This document shows, piece after piece, positions 17,792 through 28,764 of a stretch of DNA of 64,000 nucleotides (positions within the stretch are counted from its first letter, which is position 1; each line of letters opens with the position of its first letter). Origin of the DNA: Candidatus Sumerlaeia bacterium (GTDB lineage Bacteria; Sumerlaeota; Sumerlaeia; SLMS01; JANRJK01). The stretch spans positions 96,001 through 160,000 of the forward strand of contig JANRJK010000013.1 in the NCBI GenBank assembly GCA_033764015.1, read 5' to 3'. Below the pieces are notes generated by a model. That model saw only the letters and a list, made by a program, of their open reading frames with translations, ran no database searches and was not told the origin of the DNA. A program made the position numbers and the translations under genes.

Positions 17792-19267
17792 TTACGACTT
17801 CTTGGACTTCTCTTTCGCAGCCTTCGGCTCCTTGGCGGCGGGCTTCGCCTTGCCGTCCTTCTTGCCCGGGATGCCGGGACTCGTCATGCCGACCGGATCC
17901 ATGATCTCCCTGATCTGCGCATCCGTCAGGATGCCCTTCTCGCGGAGCACGTCGGTCACGCGCTTGCCGGTCGCGGCGGCCTCCTTGGCCACCATCGCGG
18001 CGTTCTTGTAGCCGATGTGCGTGTTGAGCGCCGTGGCCAGGCCGACTGAGTGGTCGTTGTACCAGTCGCAGCGCTCCTTGTTCGCCTTGATGCCCAGGAC
18101 GCACAGGTCGGTCATCTGCCGCAGCATGGTGCCCATGATGTGGATCGACCAGTTGATGTTGTGCGCCATGAGCGGCATCATCACGTTCAGCTCGAGCTGC
18201 CCCGCGCCGACGGCCCACGCGATCGCCGTGTCGTTGCCGATCACCTGGAAGCAGACCTGGTTGGCCATTTCCGGCATCGAGGGGTTGATCTTGCCGGGCA
18301 TGATCGAAGATCCCGGCGCGATCGCCGGCAGGCGGATCTCGTCGAGGCCGGTGGTCGGTCCGGAGGAAAGCAGGCGCAGGTCGTTCGAGATGCGCGAGAC
18401 CTCGATGGCGAGGCTGCGGAGCGCGGCGGAGAGCTCGCCGATGCAGCGCTGCGACTGCATCGCTTCGCACATGTCCGGCGAGGGCTGCAAGTCCGCGATC
18501 TTGGTGATCTTGCGCAGGTTGGCGACGATCGCCTCGCGGTAGCCCGGTCCCGTGTTGAGGCCGGTGCCCGCCGCAGAGCCGCCGATGCCGAGCTCCGTCA
18601 CGCTCTCGCGCGCGAAGAGGATCGACTTGCGGCACTTCGCGATGGCCTCCGCGTAGGCGGTGAACTCCTGGCCGAGGCGGATCGGCACCGCGTCCTGCAG
18701 GTGGGTGCGCGCGCTCTTGAGGATCGAGTCGAACTCCTTCCCCTTCTTGCGGAGCGCCTTCTCGAAGTCCTCGAGGTCCTTCAGGAGGCCGTCGCGGAGG
18801 CCGAGCAGCGCCGCCAGGCGGATCGCCGTCGGGAACGCGTCGTTGGTGGACTGGCCGAAGTTCACGTGGTCGTTCGCGTTCACCGGCTCGTAGCCGCCGA
18901 GCTTGCCGCCGAGGATCTCGGAGGCGCGGTTCGCCAGCACCTCGTTGATGTTCATGTGGAAGGACGTGCCGGCGCCCATCTGGTAGACGTCGACCGGGAA
19001 CTGGTCCGCGAGGCCGCCCGCGAGGATCTCCTCGCCCGCCTGCACGATCGCGTCGGCGAGGTTGCCGGGGATCGACTTGTTCTTCTTGTTCGCCTGCGCG
19101 GCGGCGACCTTGAGCATCACGAACGCCGTGATGAAGCGCGGGTGCGCGCGCATGCCGCTGATGGGGTACGACTCGATCGCGCGCTGCGTCGTCGTCCCCC
19201 AGTAGGCGTTGGCGGGGATCTTCAGCTCGCCAAGCGAGTCCTTCTCGATGCGGAACTGTTCGGCCAT
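17792..19267 (-). CDS. aspA: Aspartate ammonia-lyase / class II fumarate hydratase
   Basis: RIEKDSLG, GAGTSFHMNINE, QSTND, RTHLQDAVP, GSSIMPGKINP and GQLELNVM; aspA versus fumC is not resolvable by eye. Confidence 0.85.
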   Translation of the reverse strand: MAEQFRIEKDSLGELKIPANAYWGTTTQRAIESYPISGMRAHPRFITAFVMLKVAAAQANKKNKSIPGNLADAIVQAGEEILAGGLADQFPVDVYQMGAGTSFHMNINEVLANRASEILGGKLGGYEPVNANDHVNFGQSTNDAFPTAIRLAALLGLRDGLLKDLEDFEKALRKKGKEFDSILKSARTHLQDAVPIRLGQEFTAYAEAIAKCRKSILFARESVTELGIGGSAAGTGLNTGPGYREAIVANLRKITKIADLQPSPDMCEAMQSQRCIGELSAALRSLAIEVSRISNDLRLLSSGPTTGLDEIRLPAIAPGSSIMPGKINPSMPEMANQVCFQVIGNDTAIAWAVGAGQLELNVMMPLMAHNINWSIHIMGTMLRQMTDLCVLGIKANKERCDWYNDHSVGLATALNTHIGYKNAAMVAKEAAATGKRVTDVLREKGILTDAQIREIMDPVGMTSPGIPGKKDGKAKPAAKEPKAAKEKSKKS

Positions 19268-19318
19268 TTGATCTGGCTCCTTTGGAATGGGCGGTGCCGG
19301 AACGGGGAGCGCCGTCGG

Positions 19319-20362
19319 CTACCTGCGGCCCTTGCGCGTCGTGTCGTCGATAGCGATGGGAAGCGGGGTGGCTTCCGCCGAGGGCTCGACGCGGGCGAAC
19401 TCGGCGAGGGCCATGCGCACGAGCTCGTCATAATGCAGTCGAACGCGAGTGTTGATGTCGCCCTTGTCGAGCGCTAGCGCAATCTCCGAGCTGTCGCCCA
19501 CCGCGATCACCGTCGCCGGCTCCAGCCCCATCTTGCGCAGCGCGCGCCGCACCGGCAGCACCGGCACGCCGGGCAGCAGCACCACGGCGGGCTTCTCGAG
19601 CGCCTTCGCCGGCGCGAGCCAGGCCATCATCGCGTCGGGGCTTCCGGCGGGATTCACCATGGTGGTGAGCACCTTCGGCTGGCGCGAGTCGGCGGACTCC
19701 GCGGTGAAGAGCCCCTTAGCGCGCTCCTGCGCCGCCTCGACGGGATCGACCCCGGTTCCGATGATCCAGAGGTCGTGCGCGGCGGGCGGGAAGTCCGTGG
19801 CGGCGTCCTTCACCGCCGCATCGACAAGCTGCGCCTCGTCCAGATGGATCGCGCGGACGCCCTCCGGCAGCATGCCGGGCTCGACTTCGCTGAGCACCAC
19901 CATGTCGCGCTCGACCGCCTTGGCGCCCCGGAGGAACAGCTCCGCCTCCTCGGCGTCGCGGACGTGGACGAGCAGGCGCGCCTTTGGCGAACGCCTCACG
20001 ATCTCGTTGGCCTGCGCCTCGTAACCCTCCGCCTCCGCGCCCGCCAGCTCCAGCGGCACGGACGCCAGGCGCCGGAGGGCCAGCGTGAGGCCCTCGACGA
20101 CCGGGGCGAAGGACTGCTCCCCGCGCAAGGGCGAGATGAATCCGTAACCGCTTCCGGAGGAGACGCCGCCCGGGGCGAAGGGCGTCGGCGTGGGCCGCGC
20201 CGCCGCGATCGGGATGATCGCGGATTCGTAGCGGGGGGTGGTGGCGGGGATGTCGGGCACCGCGGGGATGTAGCGGGTCTCGCGCGCGGGCTCGGTCTGG
20301 GCGTGCGCCGCCGCGGCGACAAGGAGCGCGGCGGCGGTCGCCGCCAGGTTGCGGAATGTCAT
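19319..20362 (-). CDS. Secreted hypothetical protein, possibly a divergent type I periplasmic-binding fold
   Basis: Signal peptide ending AAAHA-Q; C-terminal VIAVGDSSEIALALDKGDINTRV resembles sugar-binding proteins. Confidence 0.55.
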   Translation of the reverse strand: MTFRNLAATAAALLVAAAAHAQTEPARETRYIPAVPDIPATTPRYESAIIPIAAARPTPTPFAPGGVSSGSGYGFISPLRGEQSFAPVVEGLTLALRRLASVPLELAGAEAEGYEAQANEIVRRSPKARLLVHVRDAEEAELFLRGAKAVERDMVVLSEVEPGMLPEGVRAIHLDEAQLVDAAVKDAATDFPPAAHDLWIIGTGVDPVEAAQERAKGLFTAESADSRQPKVLTTMVNPAGSPDAMMAWLAPAKALEKPAVVLLPGVPVLPVRRALRKMGLEPATVIAVGDSSEIALALDKGDINTRVRLHYDELVRMALAEFARVEPSAEATPLPIAIDDTTRKGRR

Positions 20363-20394
20363 TCGGGACTCCAATGGGTTCGGGTTGTCGGACG

Positions 20395-21684
20395 TCAGAC
20401 GACGGTTCCGTCGGGAAGCACCGTGTCCTTGGGGATAATGACGATGCCGCCCCGGATCACGTATAGGTCGTGGTCCGCGTGCTGGACGTTTTTCTCGTTC
20501 AGGATCCTCACGTTGTTGCCCATGCGGACGTTCTTGTCCACGATGGCCCGCCTGATGTGGCAGCCCTCGCCGATGCCGACGGGGATCGCGCTGGCGCCCT
20601 TCACGGGGTTGCGGGGCTCGGTCTCGAAGTAGTCGTTCCCCATCACGATCGAATCCTCCACGGAGGAACCCGCTCCCACGCGGCTGCGCAGGCCCACAAC
20701 GGAGCGCGAGATGTTCGCGCCGATGATGCGCACCCCGGGCGAAATCAGCGCCCGGGACACCTTCGTGTCCACGACGAAGCTGTTCGGGAGGTTCCGCGAG
20801 CGGGTGAAGATCGTCTGGCCCGACATCGAGGAGAAGTCGAACGGCGGCTGGTCCTCCAGCATCTGCATGTGCGCCTCGTAGAACGCCTCGATGGTTCCGA
20901 TGTCCTCCCAGTAGCCGGAGAAGACGTAGCTCGAAATCCGGTTCTGCTTGATCGCGGAGGGGATGATCTCCTTGCCGAAGTCGGTGCATTTCGTCTCGCG
21001 CAGCCACCAGTCGAGCGTCGAGCGGTTGAAGAGGTAGACGCCCATGGAGGCGAGGAACGTGTCGCCTAAGGGGAGCCTGAGGCCGTAGCGGTCGAGGAGC
21101 GTCTTCGGCGCTTCGAAGCCGGCGCGGGCCTCGTCGCTCTTCGGCTTCTCGACGAAGTCGAAGATGCGTCCCCAGGGGTCGAGCTTCACGAGGCCGAAGT
21201 GGTGCGCGTTCGCCCGGTCCACCGTGTTGACGCCGATGGTGACGTCGGCCTCCGATTTGAGGTGCTGCTCGAGGAGCGGTCGGTAGTCCATCGAATAGAG
21301 CGCGTCGCCCGGCAGGATCAGGATCAGGTCGCATTCGTGGTTGTCGAGCGACTGCCAGGTCTTGCGGACCGCGTCGGCGGTGCCCTCGTACCAGCCCGTC
21401 GAGTCGGCCTTCTGCTCCGCGGCGAGGATGTCCACGAAGCCGTCGCTGAAGTCGTCGAACTTGTAGGTCTGCGAGATGTGCCGGTTGAGCGAGGCGGAGA
21501 GGTACTGCGTGAGGACGAAGATCTTCCGGATGCCGGAGTTGATGCAGTTCGAGATGGCGATGTCGACCAGACGGTACTTGCCCGCGAGGGGCACCGCCGG
21601 CTTGGCCCGGACCTTTGTGAGCGGATACAGCCGGGTCCCGGCCCCGCCACCGAGAATGAGAGTGAGAACCCGCTTCGTCGCCAT
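20395..21684 (-). CDS. glgC: Glucose-1-phosphate adenylyltransferase
   Basis: ILGGGAGTRLYPLT..RAKPAVP, GTADAVR, FVEKP, SMGVY, DFGKEIIP and YWEDIGT. Confidence 0.97.
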   Translation of the reverse strand: MATKRVLTLILGGGAGTRLYPLTKVRAKPAVPLAGKYRLVDIAISNCINSGIRKIFVLTQYLSASLNRHISQTYKFDDFSDGFVDILAAEQKADSTGWYEGTADAVRKTWQSLDNHECDLILILPGDALYSMDYRPLLEQHLKSEADVTIGVNTVDRANAHHFGLVKLDPWGRIFDFVEKPKSDEARAGFEAPKTLLDRYGLRLPLGDTFLASMGVYLFNRSTLDWWLRETKCTDFGKEIIPSAIKQNRISSYVFSGYWEDIGTIEAFYEAHMQMLEDQPPFDFSSMSGQTIFTRSRNLPNSFVVDTKVSRALISPGVRIIGANISRSVVGLRSRVGAGSSVEDSIVMGNDYFETEPRNPVKGASAIPVGIGEGCHIRRAIVDKNVRMGNNVRILNEKNVQHADHDLYVIRGGIVIIPKDTVLPDGTVV

Positions 21685-21796
21685 CGCCGCCGCTCCACTG
21701 GTGGAATCGCTCGAACCGACGCCCAGGCAGGGTAGCAAGCGCTTCAGCGGTCGGGACAAGCGCTCAATGGCGGCGCGCCGCGCCCCGGCCCCCCGC

Positions 21797-21827
21797 TTGA
21801 CACACCGGGGCCCAAGGCCCCGATAAT
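21797..21827 (+). promoter_or_regulatory. Candidate sigma70 promoter for gmk-coaBC
   Basis: TTGACA at 21797-21802 and GATAAT at 21822-21827; the 19-bp spacer is longer than ideal. Confidence 0.4.
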
Positions 21828-21875
21828 CCCGCATGTCACCGCCGCCCTCCCAGCGCGGCCAGGAGTCAACCGAAC

Positions 21876-22538
21876 GTGCTCGAATTCCACCTCAAGCGTT
21901 CCGGAATGCTGATCGTGGTCTCCGCCCCCAGCGGCGGCGGCAAGTCCACGATCCTCCGCACGCTGCTGAAGGAAGACGCCTCCCTCTCCTACTCCGTCAG
22001 CGCGACCACCCGCAAGGCGCGCGAGGGCGAGGTCGAGGGCCGCGACTACTACTTCATGACGGTCGAGGAGTTCAAGAAGCTCATCGACGAGGACGCCTTC
22101 TTCGAATGGGCCGTCGTGCACGGCAACTACTACGGCACGCTCAAGCGCGAGGTGGAGGCCAAGGTCTCCGAGGGGCGCGACGTGATCCTCGACATCGACG
22201 TGCAAGGCAGCCTCGCGCTGAAGCAGGACTACCCCGACGCGGTCCTGGTGTTCGTGCTCCCGCCCTCCATCGCGACGCTCGAGCGGCGCCTGCGCGCCCG
22301 CGGCCTCGACGACGAGTCCACCATGCAGATCCGCCTCAACAACGCGCGCTCCGAGCTGCGCCGCTCGCCCGAGTACGACTTCGTCATCGTCAACCGCAAG
22401 CTCGACGACACGATCCGTTCGATCCGCACCATCATCGACGCCGAGCGCAACCGCTCGACGCGCCTCACGCTGCGCGACGCGCTCGGCGAGGTGCTGATGG
22501 CCGCCACCGCTTCCGCCGCGCCCGAAGAGGGCGACTGA
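21876..22538 (+). CDS. gmk: Guanylate kinase
   Basis: [34 protein letters not shown] and DIDVQG. Confidence 0.97.
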   Translation: MLEFHLKRSGMLIVVSAPSGGGKSTILRTLLKEDASLSYSVSATTRKAREGEVEGRDYYFMTVEEFKKLIDEDAFFEWAVVHGNYYGTLKREVEAKVSEGRDVILDIDVQGSLALKQDYPDAVLVFVLPPSIATLERRLRARGLDDESTMQIRLNNARSELRRSPEYDFVIVNRKLDDTIRSIRTIIDAERNRSTRLTLRDALGEVLMAATASAAPEEGD

Positions 22539-22558
22539 GCAAGGACCGGCGCACCAGC

Positions 22559-23806
22559 GTGAACATCCTCCTCGGCGTCTCGTCCTCCATCGCCATCCAC
22601 CGCGCCCTCGACCTCGCGAGCAACCTCCGCAAGAAGGGCCACGAGGTCCAGGCGGTCCTCTCCCGCCACGCCTCCAACCTCATCACCCCGGCGGCCTTCG
22701 AAGCCATGACCGGGCGGCGCGCCATCTCCTCCATCTGGGACTCCGGCCACACCGGCGAAATGGACCACCTCGCCACCACCAAGTGGGCCGACCACATGGT
22801 CTTCGTCCCGGCCTCGGCCAACACGCTGGCGACGCTCGCGCACGGCATCGCCGCGGACGCGCTCGGCACCTTCGCCATCGCCTTCAACCGCGAGCGCCCC
22901 TTCCTCATCGCGCCCGCGATGAACCCGGAGATGTGGCGCAATCCCGCCGTGCAGGCGAACGTCGAAACGTTGAAGCGCCGCGGCCACCGCTTCATCGGCC
23001 CGGTCGTCGGCCCCACCGCCTGCGGCGACTTCGGCCTCGGCCGTCTCGCCGCCGTCGCCGACATCGAGCAGGCGCTCACGGAGCTGATCGAGGGCTGGCC
23101 CCCGGCGCCGGACCTCTCGCGCGAGCACTTCCTCGTCACCGCAGGACCCACGCGCGAGTTCGCCGACGACGTGCGCTTCCTCTCCAACCCGTCGACCGGC
23201 AAGATGGCTTTCGCGATCGCGGACGACGCCGCGCGCGCGGGCGCCGCCGTAACACTGATTAGCGGCCCCGTGGACCTGCCCACGCCGCCGCTCGTCTCGC
23301 GCCGCATCGACGTCACCACGGCGGACGAAATGCTCGCAGCCGTGCTCCAGCAGCTCCCCCAGGCCACCACCGCCGTGTTCGCCGCCGCCGTCAGCGACTG
23401 GAAGCCCGCGGTCCGCGTGGCCGGAAAGCTGAAGAAGCGCGGCGAGGCGGACTCGCAATCGTTGGAACTCGCGCGCACGCCCGACGTGGCGCTGGCCGCC
23501 TCCTTGGAGAAGTCGGCGTCCCAGCTCTTCGTCGGCTTCGCCGCGGAGTCCTCCGACATCCTCGCGAACGCAGAGGAGAAGCTGTCGCGCAAGCGGTTCG
23601 ACTTCGTGTTCGCCAACCCCATCAACGAACCCGGCGCCGGGTTCGGCACCGACACGAACCGCGGCACGCTGCTTTGGGCCGACGGGCGCCGCGAGCCGGT
23701 GCCGGACGCGGGCAAGCGCGCCATCGCCCGCCGCATCCTGGCCGAGGTCGCCGCCGCACGCGTGGTCAAGGGGCTCGTTCCCGTCCACACGGCCCCCGCA
23801 AAGTAG
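22559..23806 (+). CDS. coaBC: Bifunctional phosphopantothenoylcysteine decarboxylase / phosphopantothenate-cysteine ligase
   Basis: [44 protein letters not shown] and VGFAAES. Confidence 0.96.
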   Translation: MNILLGVSSSIAIHRALDLASNLRKKGHEVQAVLSRHASNLITPAAFEAMTGRRAISSIWDSGHTGEMDHLATTKWADHMVFVPASANTLATLAHGIAADALGTFAIAFNRERPFLIAPAMNPEMWRNPAVQANVETLKRRGHRFIGPVVGPTACGDFGLGRLAAVADIEQALTELIEGWPPAPDLSREHFLVTAGPTREFADDVRFLSNPSTGKMAFAIADDAARAGAAVTLISGPVDLPTPPLVSRRIDVTTADEMLAAVLQQLPQATTAVFAAAVSDWKPAVRVAGKLKKRGEADSQSLELARTPDVALAASLEKSASQLFVGFAAESSDILANAEEKLSRKRFDFVFANPINEPGAGFGTDTNRGTLLWADGRREPVPDAGKRAIARRILAEVAAARVVKGLVPVHTAPAK

Positions 23807-23822
23807 AGCCGGCGGGCGGGCC

Positions 23823-25850
23823 ATGGGCGTGGGAAAGCAGGCGCTCCGCGCGCTCCTACCGATCGTGGCCGTGGCCGCCCTCGCGGTCCTCCTCGCGGGC
23901 TTCCACCACGCCGTCGCCGTCCCTGCCTTCACCGCGGCGGCCAACGGTGGGACGCCGTTCCTCTCGGGACCGCTCTCGTCGCTGCACGCCGAGGATCTCG
24001 ACCGCGGCGGCGCGGCGCTGGCGCGCTACGAGTTCCAGCGCGAGCTGACGCAGCTCTGGCTCGTGGTCCTAGGCGCCGTCCTCGCCGCCGCCGCGTGGCG
24101 TTTCCGCGACGCTCTCCGCGCGCACCTCCGCGAGTACTTCGCCGCCGAGGACACGCCGCTCAACCTCGCCCTGCTGCGCGTCGCGATCTTCGGCTACCTC
24201 GTGTTCCACCTGCGATGGTCCGAAGTGCAGTTCGCCCTCCAACTCCACCCCGACCTCGCGAATCCGGTCTTCGGCCTCGAGCCGGCGGCGTCGATCCTCC
24301 GCGCGCATCCGGCCGCGGCCGAGTGGCTGCACCGCCTGTTCGTCGCGAGCGCCCTCGCCGCCGCGCTCGGCGCCGCCACGCGCGTCACCACCTGGACCGC
24401 GACCCTCTCCGCCTGGGCGCTTCTCGCGCTGGTGCAGACGGTCGGCAAGATCGTCCACGTGAACCACCTCGTCTGGTTCGGGCTTCTGCTGGCGTGCTCG
24501 CGCTGCGGCGATGCGCTGTCGGTGGACTCGGTCTGGCGGGCTTTCCGCAACGCGGACCGCGGCCTTGTGGCGCCGCCGCCGGCCGCGCGCGGCTACGCGC
24601 TGCCGCTGCGCTTCGCGTGGATCCTGGTCGGCGTCCTCTACTTCTTCCCGGGGTTCTGGAAGATCTGGGAGGGCGGCGCCGCGTGGATCTTCGGCGACCA
24701 GTTCAAGCTGATCCTCCACCGCGAATGGGCCAAGTTCCCCGACTGGTCCCCCGCCTTCCGCATGGACCAGTACCCGCTGCTCTACCGCGGCGCGGCGGCC
24801 TCCGGCGTGCTCTTCGAACTGCTCTTCATCGCCGCGGTGTTCCACCCGCTCGCGCGCGCCGGCGCAGCGGTCGTGGGCCTCAGCTTCCACAACCTCACCG
24901 GCCTCCTGCTCAACATCAAGTTCGGCTTCCTCCAGATTGCCTACGTCGCATTCGTCAACTGGCAGATGCTGTTGCGGCGCCTCGGGCGCAGGCTCTTCCC
25001 CGTGGACCTGTTCATCCTCTACGACGGTAACTGCGGCATCTGCCGGCGCACCGTCGCGCTGCTTTGGTCCATCGATTTCGTGGGGCGCACGCGGTACGTC
25101 AACGCGCTCGATCCGGCGGCGCTCGCAAAGGCCGAACTGCACGGGTTCGAGGCGGAGGCGCTCGCCACCGACATGCACGCGGTGCGCGGCAAGGACGTGT
25201 GGCGCGGCTATGACGCGTACCGCTGCCTCGCCGCGCGAAACGTGCTCCTCTGGCCGCTGGTGCCCGTGATGATGCTCGGCCCGGTGCGCTGGATCGGCGA
25301 GCGCATCTACCGCCGCGTCGCCGACAGCCGCGCCTGCCGCGTCCCCTCGCCGGCGCAGCGCCTCCTGGCCGCCCACGCGGCGCCGGATGTCCGCCCCGTG
25401 CTCGCGGCCGGCGCGCTGCTCGTGGCGCTCAACGCGGGCGCGGGCGTGCTCCAGATCGAGAAGGCGTTCCCCTTCGCGTGCTATCCCACCTTCGCCAGCC
25501 CGGTCCGCGACCATAGCCGCTGGCTTTCCATCGAGATCGTGTCCGCCGACGGCGCCCGCCTGCGCGTGGTGGACTTCGTCGCCCAGCGCGACCTGCTCGA
25601 CGCGATCCCCTCGCCGCGCTTCGTCGCGCTCGCGTCTGAGCTGGCGGGGCTGAAGGAGCGCGAGGGGCGCGACGCCAAGACCGCGCTCTACGTCGAGCTG
25701 CTCCGCGCCAACGGGCTCGCGCTGGCGCCCGGCGACACGGTGCGCTGCTTCCGCGAGCTGCGCGCCAACGATCCCGCGCTCGCCGCCGGAGCGCCGCTCG
25801 AGCGCACGCTGCTCTGGCAGCGCCGCGCCGGGTCCGAAGGGCTTGAGTAG
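23823..25850 (+). CDS. HTTM-like membrane protein fused to a DCC1/DUF393 thiol-disulfide oxidoreductase domain
   Basis: [17 protein letters not shown] and FH motifs in a multi-TM region, followed by [24 protein letters not shown]. Confidence 0.7.
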   Translation: MGVGKQALRALLPIVAVAALAVLLAGFHHAVAVPAFTAAANGGTPFLSGPLSSLHAEDLDRGGAALARYEFQRELTQLWLVVLGAVLAAAAWRFRDALRAHLREYFAAEDTPLNLALLRVAIFGYLVFHLRWSEVQFALQLHPDLANPVFGLEPAASILRAHPAAAEWLHRLFVASALAAALGAATRVTTWTATLSAWALLALVQTVGKIVHVNHLVWFGLLLACSRCGDALSVDSVWRAFRNADRGLVAPPPAARGYALPLRFAWILVGVLYFFPGFWKIWEGGAAWIFGDQFKLILHREWAKFPDWSPAFRMDQYPLLYRGAAASGVLFELLFIAAVFHPLARAGAAVVGLSFHNLTGLLLNIKFGFLQIAYVAFVNWQMLLRRLGRRLFPVDLFILYDGNCGICRRTVALLWSIDFVGRTRYVNALDPAALAKAELHGFEAEALATDMHAVRGKDVWRGYDAYRCLAARNVLLWPLVPVMMLGPVRWIGERIYRRVADSRACRVPSPAQRLLAAHAAPDVRPVLAAGALLVALNAGAGVLQIEKAFPFACYPTFASPVRDHSRWLSIEIVSADGARLRVVDFVAQRDLLDAIPSPRFVALASELAGLKEREGRDAKTALYVELLRANGLALAPGDTVRCFRELRANDPALAAGAPLERTLLWQRRAGSEGLE

Positions 25851-25891
25851 CGGGCGCCGCGCGGCAATCCTCGCCGCACGAGACGCCCCAC

Positions 25892-28129
25892 GTGCCCCCG
25901 CCGATCCGACCCCGCCCCAGCCCCCCGCCGCCAGACCTGCTCGGCCGCACGTCCATCGAGGGCGCCATCGACCTCTTCACCTACCAGTCGCCGGACGGCT
26001 CCTTCGCCGTCGCCCGGCTGCAAACCGAGCACGGCGCCATCAAGATCAGCGGCAACCTGTTCGGCATCGCCAAGGGCGAGCGCGTCCGCGTCGAGGGCGA
26101 ATGGAAGGACCACGAGAAGTACGGCCCCACCTTCGGCGCGACGGCGGTGCTGCCGATCGCCCCGGCGGGGGAGAAGGCCCTCCGGAGCTACCTCGGCAGC
26201 GGCATCCTCAAGGGCGTCGGCGAGTCCTGGGCGAACAAGCTGGTGGACCACTTCGGCACGGAGATCGTTGACATACTCAACGAACATCCGGAGCGGCTCG
26301 CCGAGATGCCCAAGCTCTCCGCGAAGCGCGCGCGCTCCATCGCCGCCTCCTGGGAGGAGAACCGCGAGCGCCACGACGCGCTCATCTTCATCCAGTCCCA
26401 CGACCTCTCGCCCGCCGTCGCCCGACGCCTGGTGAAGTTCTACGGCAACGACGCGGCGCGCGTGCTCCGCTCGAATCCGCACCAGGTGGCGCTCGACGTC
26501 CCGCTCATCGGCTTCCACAAGGCGGACGGGATCGCCGCGAAGATGGGCATCGCGCCCGACTCGCCACAGCGGCTCCGCGCCGGCCTCGTCCATGCGCTCT
26601 CCGCCGCCGCCGAGTCGGGCCACACCTGCATGACCGCCGACGAGCTGGTCGCCAAGGGCGCGGAGCTGATGCGCCTCGATCCCGCGCCCGTCGCCGAGGC
26701 GGTCGAGCGCGCCGCCGCCGAGGGCATCGTCCGCCGCGAGGAGCTCCCGGACGGCACCACGGCCTTCTTCATGCCCTCGATGTACCACTGCGAGCGGGGC
26801 ATCGCGCGCGAGGTCGAGCGGCTGCTGCGCACCGCGCGCCCGCTCGCCGCCGGCGACATCGACGCGCGCATCGCCGCCTTCGAGGAGCGCTTCCGCTTCC
26901 AGCTCGCCGCCAACCAGCGCGCCGCGGTCCGCGCCGCCTGCGGCGGGGGAGTCTGCGTCGTCACCGGCGGCCCCGGCACCGGCAAGACCACGCTGGTCCG
27001 CTGCCTCCTGCACATCCTGCGCGACGAGCCGATCGACGTGGCGCTCGCCGCGCCGACGGGCCGCGCCGCGCAGCGCCTCTCCGAGACCACCCGCGTCGAA
27101 GCCAGCACCATCCACCGGCTGCTCAAGTTCAACGCCGCCACCGGGCGCTTCACGCACGACGCGAACAACCGCCTCCCGGTGCGGCTGCTGCTCGCGGACG
27201 AGGCGTCGATGCTCGACGTGCCGCTCGCGTACTCGCTGCTGCAGGCGGTGATGGACGGCTCGTCGCTGGTGCTGGTGGGCGACGTGGCGCAGCTCCCCTC
27301 CGTGGGCGCCGGCGCGGTGCTGAAGGACCTGATCGAGAGCGGACGCGCGCGCACCGTGCGCCTCAACGTCGTCTTCCGCCAGGCGCAGCAGTCGCTCATC
27401 ATCCAGAACAGCCACCGCATCCTCGCGGGCCAAATGCCGCTCGCGGGCGACGGCGAAGGGGCGGACGGCAAGCCCGCCGACTACTTCTTCATCCCGCGCC
27501 CGGAGCCCGAGGCCATCGTCCAGACGATCCTCAAGCTCGTCACCGAGCGGATCCCGCAGCGCTTCGGCTTCGACCCGATGGAGGACGTGCAGATCCTTTC
27601 GCCGATGCGCCGCGGCCCCATCGGCACCATCGAGCTGAACCGCGTACTCGCGCAGACGCTCAACCCCGACGCGCCGCCGCTCAACGGCACCCACGTCCGC
27701 GTCGGCGACCGCGTGATGCAGACCGTCAACAACTACGACCTCGACGTGTTCAACGGCGACATCGGCAAGGTGTCGGGCGTGGACATGGAAACGGGCGAGC
27801 TGCGCGTCCAGTTCGGCCGCGGCGTCGTCTCCTACCCGGGCGACCAATGGGACCAGCTCGACCTCGCCTACGCGGTCACCGTCCACAAGTCGCAGGGTTC
27901 CGAGTACCCCGTCGTGGTGATGCCGCTGCACACCACGCACTTCGTGATGCTGCGGCGTAACCTGCTCTACACGGCGGTGACCCGCGGCAAGAAGCTGGTC
28001 GTCGTCATCGGCACGCACCGCGCCCTCGCGCTGGCGGTGAAGCAGAACGAGGAGGAACTGCGCCGCACCGCGCTGCGCCAATGGCTCCTCCGGCCGCCGC
28101 AGGACGCGGAGGAGCTGTTCGAGACCTGA
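25892..28129 (+). CDS. recD2: ATP-dependent RecD2-like SF1B DNA helicase
   Basis: YLGSG.LKGVG HhH, IGFHKAD, TGGPGTGKTT, APTGRAA, DEASM, GDVAQLPSVG and AYAVTVHKSQGSEY. Confidence 0.95.
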   Translation: MPPPIRPRPSPPPPDLLGRTSIEGAIDLFTYQSPDGSFAVARLQTEHGAIKISGNLFGIAKGERVRVEGEWKDHEKYGPTFGATAVLPIAPAGEKALRSYLGSGILKGVGESWANKLVDHFGTEIVDILNEHPERLAEMPKLSAKRARSIAASWEENRERHDALIFIQSHDLSPAVARRLVKFYGNDAARVLRSNPHQVALDVPLIGFHKADGIAAKMGIAPDSPQRLRAGLVHALSAAAESGHTCMTADELVAKGAELMRLDPAPVAEAVERAAAEGIVRREELPDGTTAFFMPSMYHCERGIAREVERLLRTARPLAAGDIDARIAAFEERFRFQLAANQRAAVRAACGGGVCVVTGGPGTGKTTLVRCLLHILRDEPIDVALAAPTGRAAQRLSETTRVEASTIHRLLKFNAATGRFTHDANNRLPVRLLLADEASMLDVPLAYSLLQAVMDGSSLVLVGDVAQLPSVGAGAVLKDLIESGRARTVRLNVVFRQAQQSLIIQNSHRILAGQMPLAGDGEGADGKPADYFFIPRPEPEAIVQTILKLVTERIPQRFGFDPMEDVQILSPMRRGPIGTIELNRVLAQTLNPDAPPLNGTHVRVGDRVMQTVNNYDLDVFNGDIGKVSGVDMETGELRVQFGRGVVSYPGDQWDQLDLAYAVTVHKSQGSEYPVVVMPLHTTHFVMLRRNLLYTAVTRGKKLVVVIGTHRALALAVKQNEEELRRTALRQWLLRPPQDAEELFET
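26266..26282. repeat. Dispersed palindrome copy 3 (1 mismatch), CGTTGACATACTCAACG
   Basis: Inside recD2, where it uses the rare codons GTT and ATA. Confidence 0.6.
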
Positions 28130-28138
28130 GCGCGCGCG

Positions 28139-28759
28139 CTACTCCCGCCGCCGAGCCTCGGCCAACGCCTCCGACACGCCAACCTCCAGCTCCGCGAAAG
28201 CCTGTTCGAGCGCCTGCGACCAGCCCTCGGCGAGCAGCGCGGGGTCGCGGCGGTCGATGGGCACGCGCTGGCGCAGTGTCCAGACGCGGCGAGGGCTGTC
28301 GTCCACTACCCATGCGGAGAGCACGGCTTGCAGTTCCACTTCCGCTGCCGGCTCCCGCTGGAAGTCGCCAAGCAGCCGTATCAGATGGATGTCTAGAAGG
28401 TATGGCAGGTGGGTGGACCGGGTCTTCGAGCCCTCTACGGCGCGCTGGAACCCCGCCGACCCCATCCACGCCTTCGCCTGTTCCTCCACCAGATCCTTGG
28501 GCGGAGCGAGAAACCGGTGCCCAAGGTCCGAACGATAGCTGCCGTCCTTGTCGCGGATCACGAACAACTGACCCTCGTATCCCGGCGAAACCGACGCCAC
28601 GCGCAAGTTCACAGTGTCAGCGGGTAGTCCCTCCCGCGGCGGCCCCTCGCGCCGCGCCTCCAGCAGGTAGTGCTTCGTCTCGATGGGGGGCTTCGCGAGG
28701 CGAACGCATCCCGTGATGGCGAGCGCGCCGAGTGCGAGGGCGGCAAGGATCGGCTTCAT
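28139..28759 (-). CDS. ABC-type transport auxiliary lipoprotein (PqiC-like)
   Basis: Lipobox ITGC, HYLLE and FLAPP; last gene of the MCE operon. Confidence 0.8.
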   Translation of the reverse strand: MKPILAALALGALAITGCVRLAKPPIETKHYLLEARREGPPREGLPADTVNLRVASVSPGYEGQLFVIRDKDGSYRSDLGHRFLAPPKDLVEEQAKAWMGSAGFQRAVEGSKTRSTHLPYLLDIHLIRLLGDFQREPAAEVELQAVLSAWVVDDSPRRVWTLRQRVPIDRRDPALLAEGWSQALEQAFAELEVGVSEALAEARRRE

Positions 28760-28764
28760 GTGTG

